Below are positions 19,467 through 29,471 of a DNA stretch of 52,189 nt, piece by piece (position 1 is the stretch's first letter; every line of letters starts with the position of its first letter). The position numbers and the translations under genes were made by a program. The notes beneath the pieces are model-generated. The model saw only the letters and a program-made list of their open reading frames with translations, did not search any database and was not told the DNA's origin. Location: positions 1 to 52,189 of the forward strand of contig JAFCCW010000003.1 of assembly GCA_017609985.1 (NCBI GenBank), read 5' to 3'. This DNA is from Candidatus Iainarchaeum sp. (lineage in GTDB: Archaea > Iainarchaeota > Iainarchaeia > Iainarchaeales > JAFCCW01).

Positions 19467-20743
19467 TTCTCTTCACCCCCAAGCTTGTTGAAAGATTCAA
19501 AGAAACCAGGAAAAGACTTTTTAACACAGGAAGGATTAGAAATTCTAGTGCCTGAAACTGCAAGACCCGCAACAGAAAAAGCCATTGCAATGCGATGGTC
19601 ATTGTATGTTTCAATCAAAGCAGGTTTTGGATTTCCACCCCTGACTTTTATGAAATCTTCTCCGAACTCTGCTTGAATTCCCATTTTTCTAAGTTCAAAA
19701 ACAGGAGCTTCAAGTCTGTTGGATTCCTTAAACTTTAAGTGAGAAATATTTCTGAAAACAGATGTTCCGGAAGCAAAAGCCGCAACAACAGCAGCAGTCG
19801 GAACAATATCAGGGCAGGAAGACAGGTCAACCTCAACAGCTGAAAGTTTTTTTCCTGCTTCAATTTTCACAGCATTGTCTTCAAAAACTGTTTTGCAGCC
19901 CATGTCTGAAAGAATTTCAAGAAATATTTTGTCTCCCTGAACAGATTCAGGGTTAAGATTTTTCACAGAAAGTTTTCCCCCAGTGACAGCAGCCGCTGCA
20001 AAGAAATAACCAGCACTTGAATAGTCGCCCTCAATAGAATAGTTTCTTGAAGAATAGTTCTGTCCTGCTTGAACAAAGAAATTTTTATAATCCTGATTTT
20101 CTGCCTTAACTCCAAAAGACTTCATTGAATCAATGGTTAGGTCAATATAGGGCTTTGACAAGAGACTGGCCGAGCACTCAAGCGAAACATCTTTTTCTGC
20201 ATAGGGTGCAGAAAGAAGAATCGATGAAAAAAACTGGCTGCTTTCATCACCTGAAAGAAAAGCATGTCCTCCGGAAAAAGAAGGTCCACAAATTGAATAG
20301 GGTGGAAAGCCCTGATTCGAGCTTGAAACAACTCCTAACTGCTCAAGTGCTGAAAGAAGCTTTCCAATCGGTCTGGAGTACATTCTTTCGTCGCCTGAAA
20401 CACTTGTTTTTCCCTGTGCAAGAGCAGCAAAAGAAGCAAGAAAGCGGGCAGTGACTCCAGAGTTTCCAACAAATATTTCTCCAGACGGAGCAGTCAATTT
20501 TCCAGAACATCCTGAAACTGAAACAAAATTTTGCTCAGGAGATACAGACACAGGAATATCAAATGCTTTTAGAGCATTGATTGCATGAACCTGGTCTTGA
20601 GCAATAAGAGGATTTGCAAGTCTTGATTCATTGTCTGCAAGAGCTGAAATAAACAAGGCACGCAAGGTAAATGCTTTCGATGGCGGAGCTGAAACAACAG
20701 CATCAAGCTCTTTGACTGGATTGATTTCAATGAAATTTGACAT
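19463..20743 (-). CDS. aroA: EPSP synthase
   Basis: PPSK, GNSGVTARF, SSQF, KESNR, DHRIAM. Confidence 0.97.
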   Translation of the reverse strand: MSNFIEINPVKELDAVVSAPPSKAFTLRALFISALADNESRLANPLIAQDQVHAINALKAFDIPVSVSPEQNFVSVSGCSGKLTAPSGEIFVGNSGVTARFLASFAALAQGKTSVSGDERMYSRPIGKLLSALEQLGVVSSSNQGFPPYSICGPSFSGGHAFLSGDESSQFFSSILLSAPYAEKDVSLECSASLLSKPYIDLTIDSMKSFGVKAENQDYKNFFVQAGQNYSSRNYSIEGDYSSAGYFFAAAAVTGGKLSVKNLNPESVQGDKIFLEILSDMGCKTVFEDNAVKIEAGKKLSAVEVDLSSCPDIVPTAAVVAAFASGTSVFRNISHLKFKESNRLEAPVFELRKMGIQAEFGEDFIKVRGGNPKPALIETYNDHRIAMAFSVAGLAVSGTRISNPSCVKKSFPGFFESFNKLGGEEK

Positions 20744-21846
20744 TAAAACACCTGCAAAGCAGACAATATTTCTTTTTCAGAAACAATTGATGAATTGGAA
20801 AGAGATTCAGGAGAGTATTTTCCAATTTTTTCAGGAAAAACAATTTTGATGTTTCCGCCTGTTGATTTCTTGTCTGACTTCATCGATTCCACAAGACTGG
20901 TGCGAGAAATCTTTGGAAGCTTTAATGAGAAATCAAGAGATTTTAGAAGAGAATTCTGCAAATTCAAATCCGCTTCTGAAAAAAAACCTTTTTCAACAGC
21001 AATTCTTCCCTCCACCGCCATCCCAATAGCAACAGCTTCACCATGCGAGACTTTGGAATAACCAGTAAGAGATTCAATTGCGTGACCAACAGTGTGCCCA
21101 TAGTTTAGAAGAACTCTGTTGCTATTTTCAAACTCGTCTTTCTCAACTAATGCTGATTTGATTATGCAGTTTTTTTCAACAAGCTCTGAAAAAATATTCG
21201 CGTCAAAAAGATTGAATTGAGAAGAATTATTTCTAATCATTGAAAAAAGAGAAGAGTCAAACATTACTGCGTGCTTTACTGATTCTGCAAGCCCGTTTTT
21301 GATTTCGCTATAAGGTAATGTTTTTAGATAAGAAACATCTGCAAAAACTGCTTTTGGCTGAAGAAAAGAACCTGCAAGATTTTTTCCCTGCTTGAAATCA
21401 ACTCCTGTCTTTCCTCCAACGCTTGAATCAACCATTGCAAGAAGGCTTGTTGGAACCTGCACAACAGAAATTCCGCGCATGAAAACAGAGGCAGCAAATC
21501 CCGCAAGATCTCCAGTGACCCCTCCTCCAAAAGCCACAACACAGCTTTTTCTATCAAGCTTGTGTGAAAGCATTTGTTCAAGAACAGACTCAAGAGTAGC
21601 AAGTGTTTTACTGGATTCGCCGGCAGGAAAAGAAATCAGGCTCGTGTTGATTTCTTCTTTTTCAAATTCATTTGCCAGGGATTCAGCTGAAGAAACAAGA
21701 TTTGAATCAGTAATTATTGCAAGACTGCTTGGATTAACCTGAGACACAAAAGAAGCTATTTCGCACGAAATACTTTCTCCGATAGATATCGTGTACGAGC
21801 TGTCAAGCTCTTGTTTCAGGGAAACCTGTATTTTTGTGTTTTTCAT
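20743..21846 (-). CDS. aroB: 3-dehydroquinate synthase (bacterial type)
   Basis: GGGVTGDLAGF, PTSLLAMVDSSVGGKTG, LNYGHTVGHAIE, HGEAV. Confidence 0.97.
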   Translation of the reverse strand: MKNTKIQVSLKQELDSSYTISIGESISCEIASFVSQVNPSSLAIITDSNLVSSAESLANEFEKEEINTSLISFPAGESSKTLATLESVLEQMLSHKLDRKSCVVAFGGGVTGDLAGFAASVFMRGISVVQVPTSLLAMVDSSVGGKTGVDFKQGKNLAGSFLQPKAVFADVSYLKTLPYSEIKNGLAESVKHAVMFDSSLFSMIRNNSSQFNLFDANIFSELVEKNCIIKSALVEKDEFENSNRVLLNYGHTVGHAIESLTGYSKVSHGEAVAIGMAVEGRIAVEKGFFSEADLNLQNSLLKSLDFSLKLPKISRTSLVESMKSDKKSTGGNIKIVFPEKIGKYSPESLSNSSIVSEKEILSALQVF

Positions 21847-21852
21847 AAGCGT

Positions 21853-22866
21853 TCAAAGAGTTCTTCCAACTGACTCGGCAACAGCTCGCATTTCCTTCAT
21901 CAGCTTGGAGAATTCTGGGGGCGTAAGCTGCTGAGGCCCGTCGCACAAAGCCTTTTCTGGACAGTTGTGAACCTCTATTAGCAAGCCGTCTGCTCCAGCA
22001 GCAATTGCAGCCTTTGAAATAGGAGCAATAAGACTTTTCTTGCCCATTGAATGGCTTGGGTCAGCAATGACTGGAAGATGAGTCTCTTGTTTGATTAAGG
22101 GAATTATTCCAATGTTAAGAGGAAATCTTATCTCTGGTTCAAAGGTTCTGATTCCCCGATTGCAAAGAATTACCTGAGAATTTCCCTCACTCAGGATATA
22201 CTCTGTAGCCATCAAAAACTCTTTCTTGGTTGAAGAGATTCCGTTTTTCAGAATAATCGGCTTGTTAATTTTTCCAACCTCTTTTAACAAGTTAAAATTC
22301 TGCATATTTCTTGCTCCAATGCGAACAATGTCAACGTATTTGGCAACAGTTTCAACATTGCGAATATCCATAACCTCTGTTTCAACAACAAGACCTGTTT
22401 CCTCTTTTGCTTTCGCAAGCAATTTCAAACCCTCTTCACCCATTCCCTGAAAATCATAGGGAGAAGTGCGGGGCTTGTAAGCAGAGCCTCTTAGAATTTT
22501 GACTCCTGCCTTTTTTACCTCGTGAGCAACAGTCATTAACTGTTCCTCTGATTCAATTGCACAAGGTCCAGCAATAATCTGGATTTCCTTGCCCCCGATT
22601 TTTACTCCATCAACATCGATAACAGTGTCAGCCGGATGAAATTCTCGCGAAGCAAGCTTATAAGGTTTTAGAACAGGCATTACTTTGTCAACAAAGGGAA
22701 GAGCCTTAAGCTGGTCTTGTGAAAGTTTTCTTTCATCACCAATTGCTCCAACAATTGTTACCTCGGTTCCCTCAGACACATGAGCTTTTAGACCACGCTC
22801 TTCAAGATAAGAGGAAAGAGCCTGAAGATCCTGCTTTGTTGAATTCTTTTTTAGAACAATAATCAT
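21853..22866 (-). CDS. aroF: DAHP synthase class I-beta with N-terminal ACT-like regulatory domain
   Basis: AGPCAIES, KPRTSPY, IGARNMQN, DPSH; Thermotoga-type N-terminal extension. Confidence 0.95.
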   Translation of the reverse strand: MIIVLKKNSTKQDLQALSSYLEERGLKAHVSEGTEVTIVGAIGDERKLSQDQLKALPFVDKVMPVLKPYKLASREFHPADTVIDVDGVKIGGKEIQIIAGPCAIESEEQLMTVAHEVKKAGVKILRGSAYKPRTSPYDFQGMGEEGLKLLAKAKEETGLVVETEVMDIRNVETVAKYVDIVRIGARNMQNFNLLKEVGKINKPIILKNGISSTKKEFLMATEYILSEGNSQVILCNRGIRTFEPEIRFPLNIGIIPLIKQETHLPVIADPSHSMGKKSLIAPISKAAIAAGADGLLIEVHNCPEKALCDGPQQLTPPEFSKLMKEMRAVAESVGRTL

Positions 22867-23813
22867 TTTTGCACATCCTTTTCAGCCAAGGCACTCTTTG
22901 CTGCACTGGCAATAGCAGTTGCAGTCAAACCATATTTTTCAAAAAGCTGTTCTGGAGGAGCGCTCTCTCCAAATCTGTCCCTGACTCCAACACGCTTTAC
23001 TGAAGAAGGTTTTTTTTCTGAGAGAAGTTCGCAGACTGCTCCGCCAAGACCTCCTACAATGCTATGATCTTCAGCAGTTACAATAGCTCCTGTTTCAGAA
23101 GCAGCTTTCAAGACAATGTCTTCATCAAGCGGTTTAATTGTAGCCATATTTATTATGCGTGCATTAATTCCCTCTTTTTTCAAAAGAGTGGATGCTTCCA
23201 TAGCTTTTGAAAGCATAATGCCTGTTGCAATAATGGAAACATCTGCCCCGTCTTCAACAACACTTCCTTTTCCAAACTCAAAAGAATACTTGTCGCCAAA
23301 AATAACAGGAGTCTTTAGCCTGCAGAGCCTTATGTAAAGTGGATTTTCAAGTTCAAGTGATTTCAAAACAAGACTTTTTGTTTCTACACCATCAGCCGGG
23401 CAGGCAACAATCATTCCTGGAAGAGTTCGCATCAAAGCAATATCCTCCAAAGCCTGATGGCTTGCTCCGTCTTCCCCTGTTGCAAGTCCTGCATGACTTC
23501 CAGCAAGCTTTACAGGAAGCATTGAATAAGCAATACTGTTTCTTATCTGGTCAAAAGTTCTTCCAACTGCAAAAACAGCAAAAGTGCTTGCAAAAACCTT
23601 CTTCCCAGATGCAGCAAGACCTGCAGCAGTGCCAATCATGTCCTGCTCAGCAATTCCAATATTGAAAAACCTGTCAGGAAATTTTTTCTGAAAACTAACT
23701 GACTTAGTTGACTTGCTCAAATCAGCATCCAGAACAACTACATCATTATCTTTTTCTCCAGCTAAAGCAAGTGCTTCACCATAAGCTTCCCTTGTTGCAA
23801 TCTCTTCAGTCAT
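22863..23813 (-). CDS. Transketolase, C-terminal subunit
   Basis: DADL, GIAEQ, GEDGASHQ, TIKPLD, AEDH. Confidence 0.95.
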   Translation of the reverse strand: MTEEIATREAYGEALALAGEKDNDVVVLDADLSKSTKSVSFQKKFPDRFFNIGIAEQDMIGTAAGLAASGKKVFASTFAVFAVGRTFDQIRNSIAYSMLPVKLAGSHAGLATGEDGASHQALEDIALMRTLPGMIVACPADGVETKSLVLKSLELENPLYIRLCRLKTPVIFGDKYSFEFGKGSVVEDGADVSIIATGIMLSKAMEASTLLKKEGINARIINMATIKPLDEDIVLKAASETGAIVTAEDHSIVGGLGGAVCELLSEKKPSSVKRVGVRDRFGESAPPEQLFEKYGLTATAIASAAKSALAEKDVQK

Positions 23814-23817
23814 GCTC

Positions 23818-24669
23818 TCACCTCTCCTCGCCTGTTTCAATATTACAGACTAAATCAAGCTCTCCAATAGCTTTCTGGAGCTCTTCGCTTGTGAGTGTCT
23901 TTCCATGATAGTCACAGACGTTCTCAATGAATGAAACACCCTTGCATTTTGTTGTTTTTGCAACAATTACTGTTGGCTTGTCAGTGCATTCCTTTGCCTT
24001 TGCAAAAGCGCTGATGATTTCTTCAAAATCGTGACCGTCAATTTCAATCGAATTCCACCCAAAAGCAGAGAACTTGTCTGCAATCGGTTCAACTCCCATT
24101 ACATCTTCCACAAAGCCATCAATTTGAAGCCTGTTAAAGTCAACGATTGCTAAAAGATTATCAAGCTTGTAATGAGCTGAAGTCATTGCGGCTTCCCAAA
24201 CCTGTCCCTCTTGCAGTTCCCCGTCGCCAAGAAGGCAGTAAATCCTTGAATCAGATTTATCAAGCTTTGAAGCAAGAGCCATTCCGTTTGCAACGCTTAA
24301 ACCCTGTCCAAGAGAACCAGTGCTTATTTCTATGCCAGGAGTCTTTGTTGAAGAAGGATGACCTTGAAGCATTGAGTTAAGTGTCCTAAGCTTTCCAAGT
24401 TCCTCTTTTGGAAAATATCCAAGGTCAGCAAGCACTGCGTAAAGAAGCGGACAAGCATGTCCCTTGCTTAACACAAATTTATCCCTGCCGCCCCACAAAG
24501 GATTGTCAGGCTTGTGCTTCATCTCACGATAGTATAGGGCAACAACAATGTCTGTTGCAGATAGGCTCCCTCCAGGATGACCTGAACCAGCGCAGGTGGT
24601 CATCTTCAAAATTTCTTTTCTCATTTCAGCTGACTTTACACTCAGTTGTTCTGCTCCAAGCTTTTCCAT
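23818..24669 (-). CDS. Transketolase, N-terminal subunit
   Basis: GHPGGSLS, SKGH, TGSLGQG, GDGE...N ThDP motif. Confidence 0.95.
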   Translation of the reverse strand: MEKLGAEQLSVKSAEMRKEILKMTTCAGSGHPGGSLSATDIVVALYYREMKHKPDNPLWGGRDKFVLSKGHACPLLYAVLADLGYFPKEELGKLRTLNSMLQGHPSSTKTPGIEISTGSLGQGLSVANGMALASKLDKSDSRIYCLLGDGELQEGQVWEAAMTSAHYKLDNLLAIVDFNRLQIDGFVEDVMGVEPIADKFSAFGWNSIEIDGHDFEEIISAFAKAKECTDKPTVIVAKTTKCKGVSFIENVCDYHGKTLTSEELQKAIGELDLVCNIETGEER

Positions 24670-24670
24670 A

Positions 24671-25738
24671 TCAATCACCGTTCAACTCCCTCGGATAGCT
24701 TCCAAGTATTTTCAGGAAAGCAGTCCTCTTTTTCAGTTCATCCATCGCCTTCTTTACTTCTTCATCTTCAACATGCCCTGTAAAGTCAATGAAGAAAACA
24801 TACTCCCATTGCTTTTGCTTTGTAGGACGTGACTCAATTTTTGTCATGTTAAGATTGTTTTTGTTAATTGGTTCAAGGCTGTCAAACAGAGCGCCTGATT
24901 TGTGCGGCACGCTGTAAACAATTGAAGTTTTGCTGCGCTTTGCTTTTGGTGGAGCTTTCTTTCCAATAACCAAAAAGCGAGTAGTGTTGTGAGGGCTGTC
25001 TTCAATTGCTGGCGCAAGAATATTCAGTTTGAATTTTTCAGCAGCAAGCTCTGAAGCTATTGCAGCAGAGCTATGATAAAGCTGAGCAAGTTCAGCAGCC
25101 TTTGCAGTGCTGCTTGCTTCAATAAGCTCTGCTTTTGGAAGATTCTTGCTAAGCCATTCCCTGCACTGAGCAAGCGCCTGCGGATTGCTGTAAACACGTT
25201 TTATTTCTGAAAGCTTGTATTTTGAAATCAGGTTGTGGTTGATTTCAAGAGAAATCTCTGCCACAATCTGCAAGTCACTGTAGAGAAACATGTCCACAGT
25301 ATGAGTCACTGTTCCCTCAGTACTGTTTTCAATTGGAACAACCCCATAATCTGCCTGGTCTTTCTCCACAGCCTTAAATACATCTGAAATAGAATTCATT
25401 GCAACCAATTCTGACGAAGACCCAAATTTTTTAAGAGCAGCCATGTTAGTAAAGGTTGCCTCAGGACCAAGAAAAGAAATTTTCAGAGGCTGTTCAAGTT
25501 CACGCGAAGCAGACATTATCTCAGTGTAGACAGCCCGCAAGTGCTTTTTTGGAAACTTAACAGATTTTTTTGAAAGCTCTTCGATTATTTCCTGTTCTCT
25601 GACAGGATCATAAACAGGGCTGTTGCTTTTTTTCTTTTGCTCTGCGACCTCAAGGATAAGCTCGCTCCTCTCTTCAAGTGCAGAGAGAAGCTTTTCATCC
25701 ACTTCGTCTATTTTTTTTCTTAAGTCCTTGAGTTCCAT
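24671..25738 (-). CDS. pheA: Chorismate mutase/prephenate dehydratase (P-protein)
   Basis: LRKKIDEVD chorismate mutase domain, LGPEATF, PIENS, NTTRF, ACT domain ESRP, LGSYP; probable ATG at 25738. Confidence 0.96.
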   Translation of the reverse strand: MELKDLRKKIDEVDEKLLSALEERSELILEVAEQKKKSNSPVYDPVREQEIIEELSKKSVKFPKKHLRAVYTEIMSASRELEQPLKISFLGPEATFTNMAALKKFGSSSELVAMNSISDVFKAVEKDQADYGVVPIENSTEGTVTHTVDMFLYSDLQIVAEISLEINHNLISKYKLSEIKRVYSNPQALAQCREWLSKNLPKAELIEASSTAKAAELAQLYHSSAAIASELAAEKFKLNILAPAIEDSPHNTTRFLVIGKKAPPKAKRSKTSIVYSVPHKSGALFDSLEPINKNNLNMTKIESRPTKQKQWEYVFFIDFTGHVEDEEVKKAMDELKKRTAFLKILGSYPRELNGD

Positions 25739-25799
25739 TTCATCACTTCCTTTGCCAACAGCCTTTCTCAGACACGGGCTTGGAGTGAGAAAAAGCAAG

Positions 25800-26444
25800 C
25801 TATTTGCTTACCTTCTCCCAGTCCTTCAAAAATTTTTCAATTCCTTCATCAGTCTTTGGGTGCTTAATTAATTTTTCCAGAATTTCAGGAGGAATTGTTG
25901 CAACATGAGCTCCAAGCAAAGCAGCATCAGTCACATGACGTGGGTGTCGAATGCTTGCAACGATTATTTCTGTGTCAAACTCGTAATTGTCTATTATGTC
26001 AGCCAACTCGCTGATTAATTCCATTCCATCCTGTCCAATGTCATCAAGTCTTCCCACAAACGGGCTAATGTATGATGCGCCAGCTTTTGCGCAAAGCAGT
26101 CCCTGGTTTGCAGAAAAGACAAGAGTTGCATTTGTCTTGATTCCCTTCTTCTTCAAAGCACTGATTACCTTCAATCCCTCTGCATCACAGGGAACCTTTA
26201 TTACAATGTTCTTGTGCATTGCAGAATACTCTTCTGCCTGCTTTATCATTTCCTCTGAATTCGTTGCTGTGACCTCTACACTGATTGGACCATCAACTAT
26301 TTCGCATATTTTCTTGACAGCATCCAGAAACGAAAGAGATTGCTTGCTCATAAGGCTTGGATTGGTTGTGACTCCGTCAACAACTCCCCAGGAAGCATAT
26401 TTTTCTATTTCTTTTACGTCAGCTGTATCTATAAAAAACTTCAT
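25800..26444 (-). CDS. tal: Transaldolase (TalC/Fsa family)
   Basis: [31 protein letters not shown]; Phe at SPF and co-location with transketolase favour transaldolase. Confidence 0.9.
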   Translation of the reverse strand: MKFFIDTADVKEIEKYASWGVVDGVTTNPSLMSKQSLSFLDAVKKICEIVDGPISVEVTATNSEEMIKQAEEYSAMHKNIVIKVPCDAEGLKVISALKKKGIKTNATLVFSANQGLLCAKAGASYISPFVGRLDDIGQDGMELISELADIIDNYEFDTEIIVASIRHPRHVTDAALLGAHVATIPPEILEKLIKHPKTDEGIEKFLKDWEKVSK

Positions 26445-26512
26445 TGAACCTCACCCCAACATACAGTGTATTTAAGTTTTTTTAAAACCATAACTAAAAC
26501 CATCACGTTCCA

Positions 26513-26546
26513 GGCCAGCGCAATCCCAACAAGGAGATGCCTGACC
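26513..26546 (-). promoter_or_regulatory. GC-rich RNA hairpin right after the Phe-rich leader stop (putative attenuator element)
   Basis: mRNA GGUCAG-GCA-UCUC-CUUGUU-GGGA-U-UGC-G-CUGGCC; its 5' arm can instead pair with UGCCUGGUU in the leader. Confidence 0.65.
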
Positions 26547-26547
26547 A

Positions 26548-26640
26548 TCAATAGAAGAAAAAGAAATTAAAAAACCAGGCAGCTGCCTCTGAGAAAAAAG
26601 AATTGAATAACTCTGTTTTAGGCAAACTGTTTGTTTTCAT
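26548..26640 (-). CDS. Aromatic amino-acid operon leader peptide (pheL-like), MKTNSLPKTELFNSFFSEAAAWFFNFFFFY
   Basis: 30 codons with 9 Phe, 1 Trp and 1 Tyr, concentrated just before the stop; 103 nt upstream of the tal-pheA-aro operon on the same strand. Confidence 0.85.
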   Translation of the reverse strand: MKTNSLPKTELFNSFFSEAAAWFFNFFFFY

Positions 26641-26659
26641 AAAAAAAAAACATGCTAAA

Positions 26660-26678
26660 ATGTTTAAAAAGCTTGTTA
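26660..26678 (-). promoter_or_regulatory. Putative BRE/TATA promoter for the aromatic leader and operon
   Basis: Minus strand AACAAGCTTTTTAAAC with the TATA-like core about 23-30 nt upstream of the leader ATG, consistent with a leaderless archaeal transcript. Confidence 0.55.
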
Positions 26679-26680
26679 TT

Positions 26681-27013
26681 TCACTTTAGGCTTGTGCCCC
26701 CAATCTGAGCAACTTTCTTTCCTTCCAAAGTCTCAAACATTTCATTGACTGCGTGATTAAGTGAATGAAAATCGCTCGCATTGTTTAAGAAACAAGATTC
26801 AAGCTTATAATCAGCTGCTCGTTCACTTATTCGTGTTCTCTCAAAAAAAGAAACAACTCCTTTTGGATCAAGATTACTCTCTTTTTCTTTTTTTTGCAAT
26901 TCAGCTACTCGTTCTTTTATTCTTGTTCTCTGAAAAAAAGAGTCAACCTCTCTTGCATCAATACGAGCGCGAATTCCCTTTGGAACAAATAGTTTAGAAA
27001 ACCTTCGAGGCAT
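26681..27013 (-). pseudogene. Probably truncated paralogue of the neighbouring orphan methyltransferase
   Basis: Ends MFETLEGKKVAQIGGTSLK*, stopping within SAM motif I (neighbour: MLETMGSLRAKKIAHIGSAAG); internal repeat VDSFFQRTRIKER/VVSFFERTRISER. Confidence 0.5.
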
Positions 27014-27086
27014 AGAAACAAAACACTATTCAGATATAAAAACAGTTCTACAAACATTAATTTTTTAAAAAGCGTGTGGAAAAAAC

Positions 27087-27743
27087 TTATTCTTTAACAA
27101 GAACAAGAGTAGACTTAAAATACCTCTCAATACGAAAGCCTGCCTCCGCGATTTTACTGATTTCTGACTCCAGAATAGGTTCTACTGAATTTGATATAAA
27201 CAGCCTTCCCCCTCTTTTGAGAACCCTTGCTGCTTCTTTTACAGAATCAAACTCAACCTTAGGATTCAGATATCCTGCAAAAAGAAAATGTTCTGATACA
27301 ACTGCGTCAAGGGAACCTTCTCTCACCGGAAGAGCTGTGGCAGATGCAACAACAGGGTTTTCAAGGTTTAGCTTCTCTTTCTTACCAACCTGAGCCGCTA
27401 TCCTCTGATGCCCTCTGTTAATATCAACCCCGATGGCTGTTGCGCCTTTTGTTTGAAGAAATCTTGCAAACAAGCCAGCAGCAGAACCAATATGTGCTAT
27501 TTTTTTCGCCCTTAAAGAGCCCATTGTTTCAAGCATTGAATGGTAAAGAGAAATATAATGAACTGTTTCCTTACGATCTCTTGTTGTTCCATTGCGTTTA
27601 AGAGCAAGGTTAATCTTTGAAATCAAATCAGTATTTCTAAAAGCATGGTCAAGGTCATCGAATCTTCTTAGAGATAACTCATAGGGAATTTGCTCAGGAA
27701 CTGGAAGAAAAATCCTTCTTTTTGTCCTTGGCATTGGAACCAT
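27087..27743 (-). CDS. Class I SAM-dependent methyltransferase (orphan)
   Basis: IAHIGSAAG, GVDIN, ATALP, SLDAVVS, EAARVLKRGG. Confidence 0.85.
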   Translation of the reverse strand: MVPMPRTKRRIFLPVPEQIPYELSLRRFDDLDHAFRNTDLISKINLALKRNGTTRDRKETVHYISLYHSMLETMGSLRAKKIAHIGSAAGLFARFLQTKGATAIGVDINRGHQRIAAQVGKKEKLNLENPVVASATALPVREGSLDAVVSEHFLFAGYLNPKVEFDSVKEAARVLKRGGRLFISNSVEPILESEISKIAEAGFRIERYFKSTLVLVKE

Positions 27744-27763
27744 AAAAAAAGAACTTCTTCCAG

Positions 27764-29386
27764 CTATAAAAACCTATTCCTATAACTCTTAAGAACTCCA
27801 TTTGGAAGTTCCTTTAGTTCTGGCTTGAAAGAAGAAAGTCTTTTCTTTAGCTCTGCTTCATCAACCACTAAGTCAATTGTTTTCTTGTCCAAGTCAATGC
27901 GGATTCTGTCACCGTTCTCTACTACTCCGATTGCTCCGCCTCTTGCAGCTTCTGGTTCAACATGTCCAATGGAAAGTCCCTTGGTTGCTCCGCTGAACCT
28001 GCCGTCTGTGAGCAGGGCTATTTCCTTGTCCATGCCCAGACCGGAAATTGAAGCAGTCGGATAAAGCATTTCCCTCATTCCAGGCCCCCCGATTTTTCCC
28101 TCGTAGCGGATTATCAAAACCTGCCCTTTTGAGAGTTCCGGACCCTCAATATGTTCGGTTGCCTGTTCCTCTGAATTGAAGACACGCGCTTCGCCCTCAA
28201 AGACTCTTGGAAAATCATCAGAAAGAGCACTTTCCTTGAGAACCGAGCCTTCCATTGCAAGGTTTCCGTAAAGAATTGAAATCCCTCCTGTTTCAGAAAA
28301 GGGATTCTTTGCAGGGCGAATAATCTCTTTGTCTTTAAGCTCTGCTTTTTCCAGCCTTGCAAACATTTCCCCGTCAACAGTTGGCAGGTCGTGAATTAAA
28401 TCCTTCTTCTTAAGCTCCGCCATGACTGCAGGAATGCCGCCTGCATTGTGCAGGTCAATCATAAAATTGCTTGAAGCAGGGTTCAGCTTGACAAGATTTG
28501 GTGTCTCAGAACTCCAGTTGTTGATTTTCTTGAGATCAATGTCAACACCAGCTTCCCCTGCAATGTCTGGAATGTGCAAAACAGTGTTAGTGCTTGCGCC
28601 GATTGCCATGTCAACCCTGAAAGCATTTTCAAAAGACTCTTTTGTCATCAAGTCTCTTGCCTTCAAACCCTGCTTTACTAAGTCAAGAATCTTCTTTCCG
28701 GCGTTGAACGCCTGCTGTTTTTTCTCCTTGTGAACTGCATGGGTTGTAGCGCACATTGCCGTGCTTAACCCAAGAGCCTCTGTAACGCATGCCATAGAGT
28801 TTGCAGTGTACAGGCCGGCGCATGAGCCAGCTCCCGGACATGAACTGCAGACAATTTCTTCATATTCTTCGTTAGAAATCTTTCCCTTTTCATGCTGTGC
28901 CTTTGCCTCAAAAGAGTCCTTTACTCCAAGCTTTCTTCCCTTGTAGTCGCCTGGCATCATCGGCCCGCCTGTGACAAAAATGCTCGGAAGATTCAAGCGC
29001 GCGGCAGCCTTGAGATGACCCGGCAGGTTCTTGTCGCAGGCTGCAATAAAAACAATTCCCTCAAAAACTCCGTGCCCTGCAACCATTTCCTCGATTGAGT
29101 CAGCTATGGTCTCACGGCTGGGAAGAGAATACTTCATTCCCTGATGGCCCATTGCAATGCCGTCACAGATAGCGATTGTGTGAAACTCAAAAGGTGTTCC
29201 CCCTGCTTTTCTGACACCCTTTTTTGCCTCTTCACCGAGTTCGCGCAGGTGGATGTGCCCTGGAGTGATTTCGTTAAAGGAGTTGACTATGGCAATAGCT
29301 GGCTTGTCCAGCTCTTCCCTTTTCAGACCGTCTGCGTAAAGCAGTGAACGGGCTGCAGGCAGCTGCTTTATTTCGCTTGGTTTCAT
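27764..29386 (-). CDS. ilvD: Dihydroxy-acid dehydratase
   Basis: [49 protein letters not shown]. Confidence 0.97.
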   Translation of the reverse strand: MKPSEIKQLPAARSLLYADGLKREELDKPAIAIVNSFNEITPGHIHLRELGEEAKKGVRKAGGTPFEFHTIAICDGIAMGHQGMKYSLPSRETIADSIEEMVAGHGVFEGIVFIAACDKNLPGHLKAAARLNLPSIFVTGGPMMPGDYKGRKLGVKDSFEAKAQHEKGKISNEEYEEIVCSSCPGAGSCAGLYTANSMACVTEALGLSTAMCATTHAVHKEKKQQAFNAGKKILDLVKQGLKARDLMTKESFENAFRVDMAIGASTNTVLHIPDIAGEAGVDIDLKKINNWSSETPNLVKLNPASSNFMIDLHNAGGIPAVMAELKKKDLIHDLPTVDGEMFARLEKAELKDKEIIRPAKNPFSETGGISILYGNLAMEGSVLKESALSDDFPRVFEGEARVFNSEEQATEHIEGPELSKGQVLIIRYEGKIGGPGMREMLYPTASISGLGMDKEIALLTDGRFSGATKGLSIGHVEPEAARGGAIGVVENGDRIRIDLDKKTIDLVVDEAELKKRLSSFKPELKELPNGVLKSYRNRFL

Positions 29387-29471
29387 GCAAGAATTAGCAA
29401 GCGAAATATTTTAAAGAGCTGAGGAGTGAAAGAAGCAAAGATTTAACTTTGAACAAATGCTTTATTTTACA

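Noticed and set aside
26618-26653. Alternative uORF MFFFYENKQFA* starting at 26653 on the minus strand
   Set aside because: The ATG is too close to the TATA-like box to be in the transcript and its Phe codons come from a T10 homopolymer; worth rechecking only if the run length is a sequencing error
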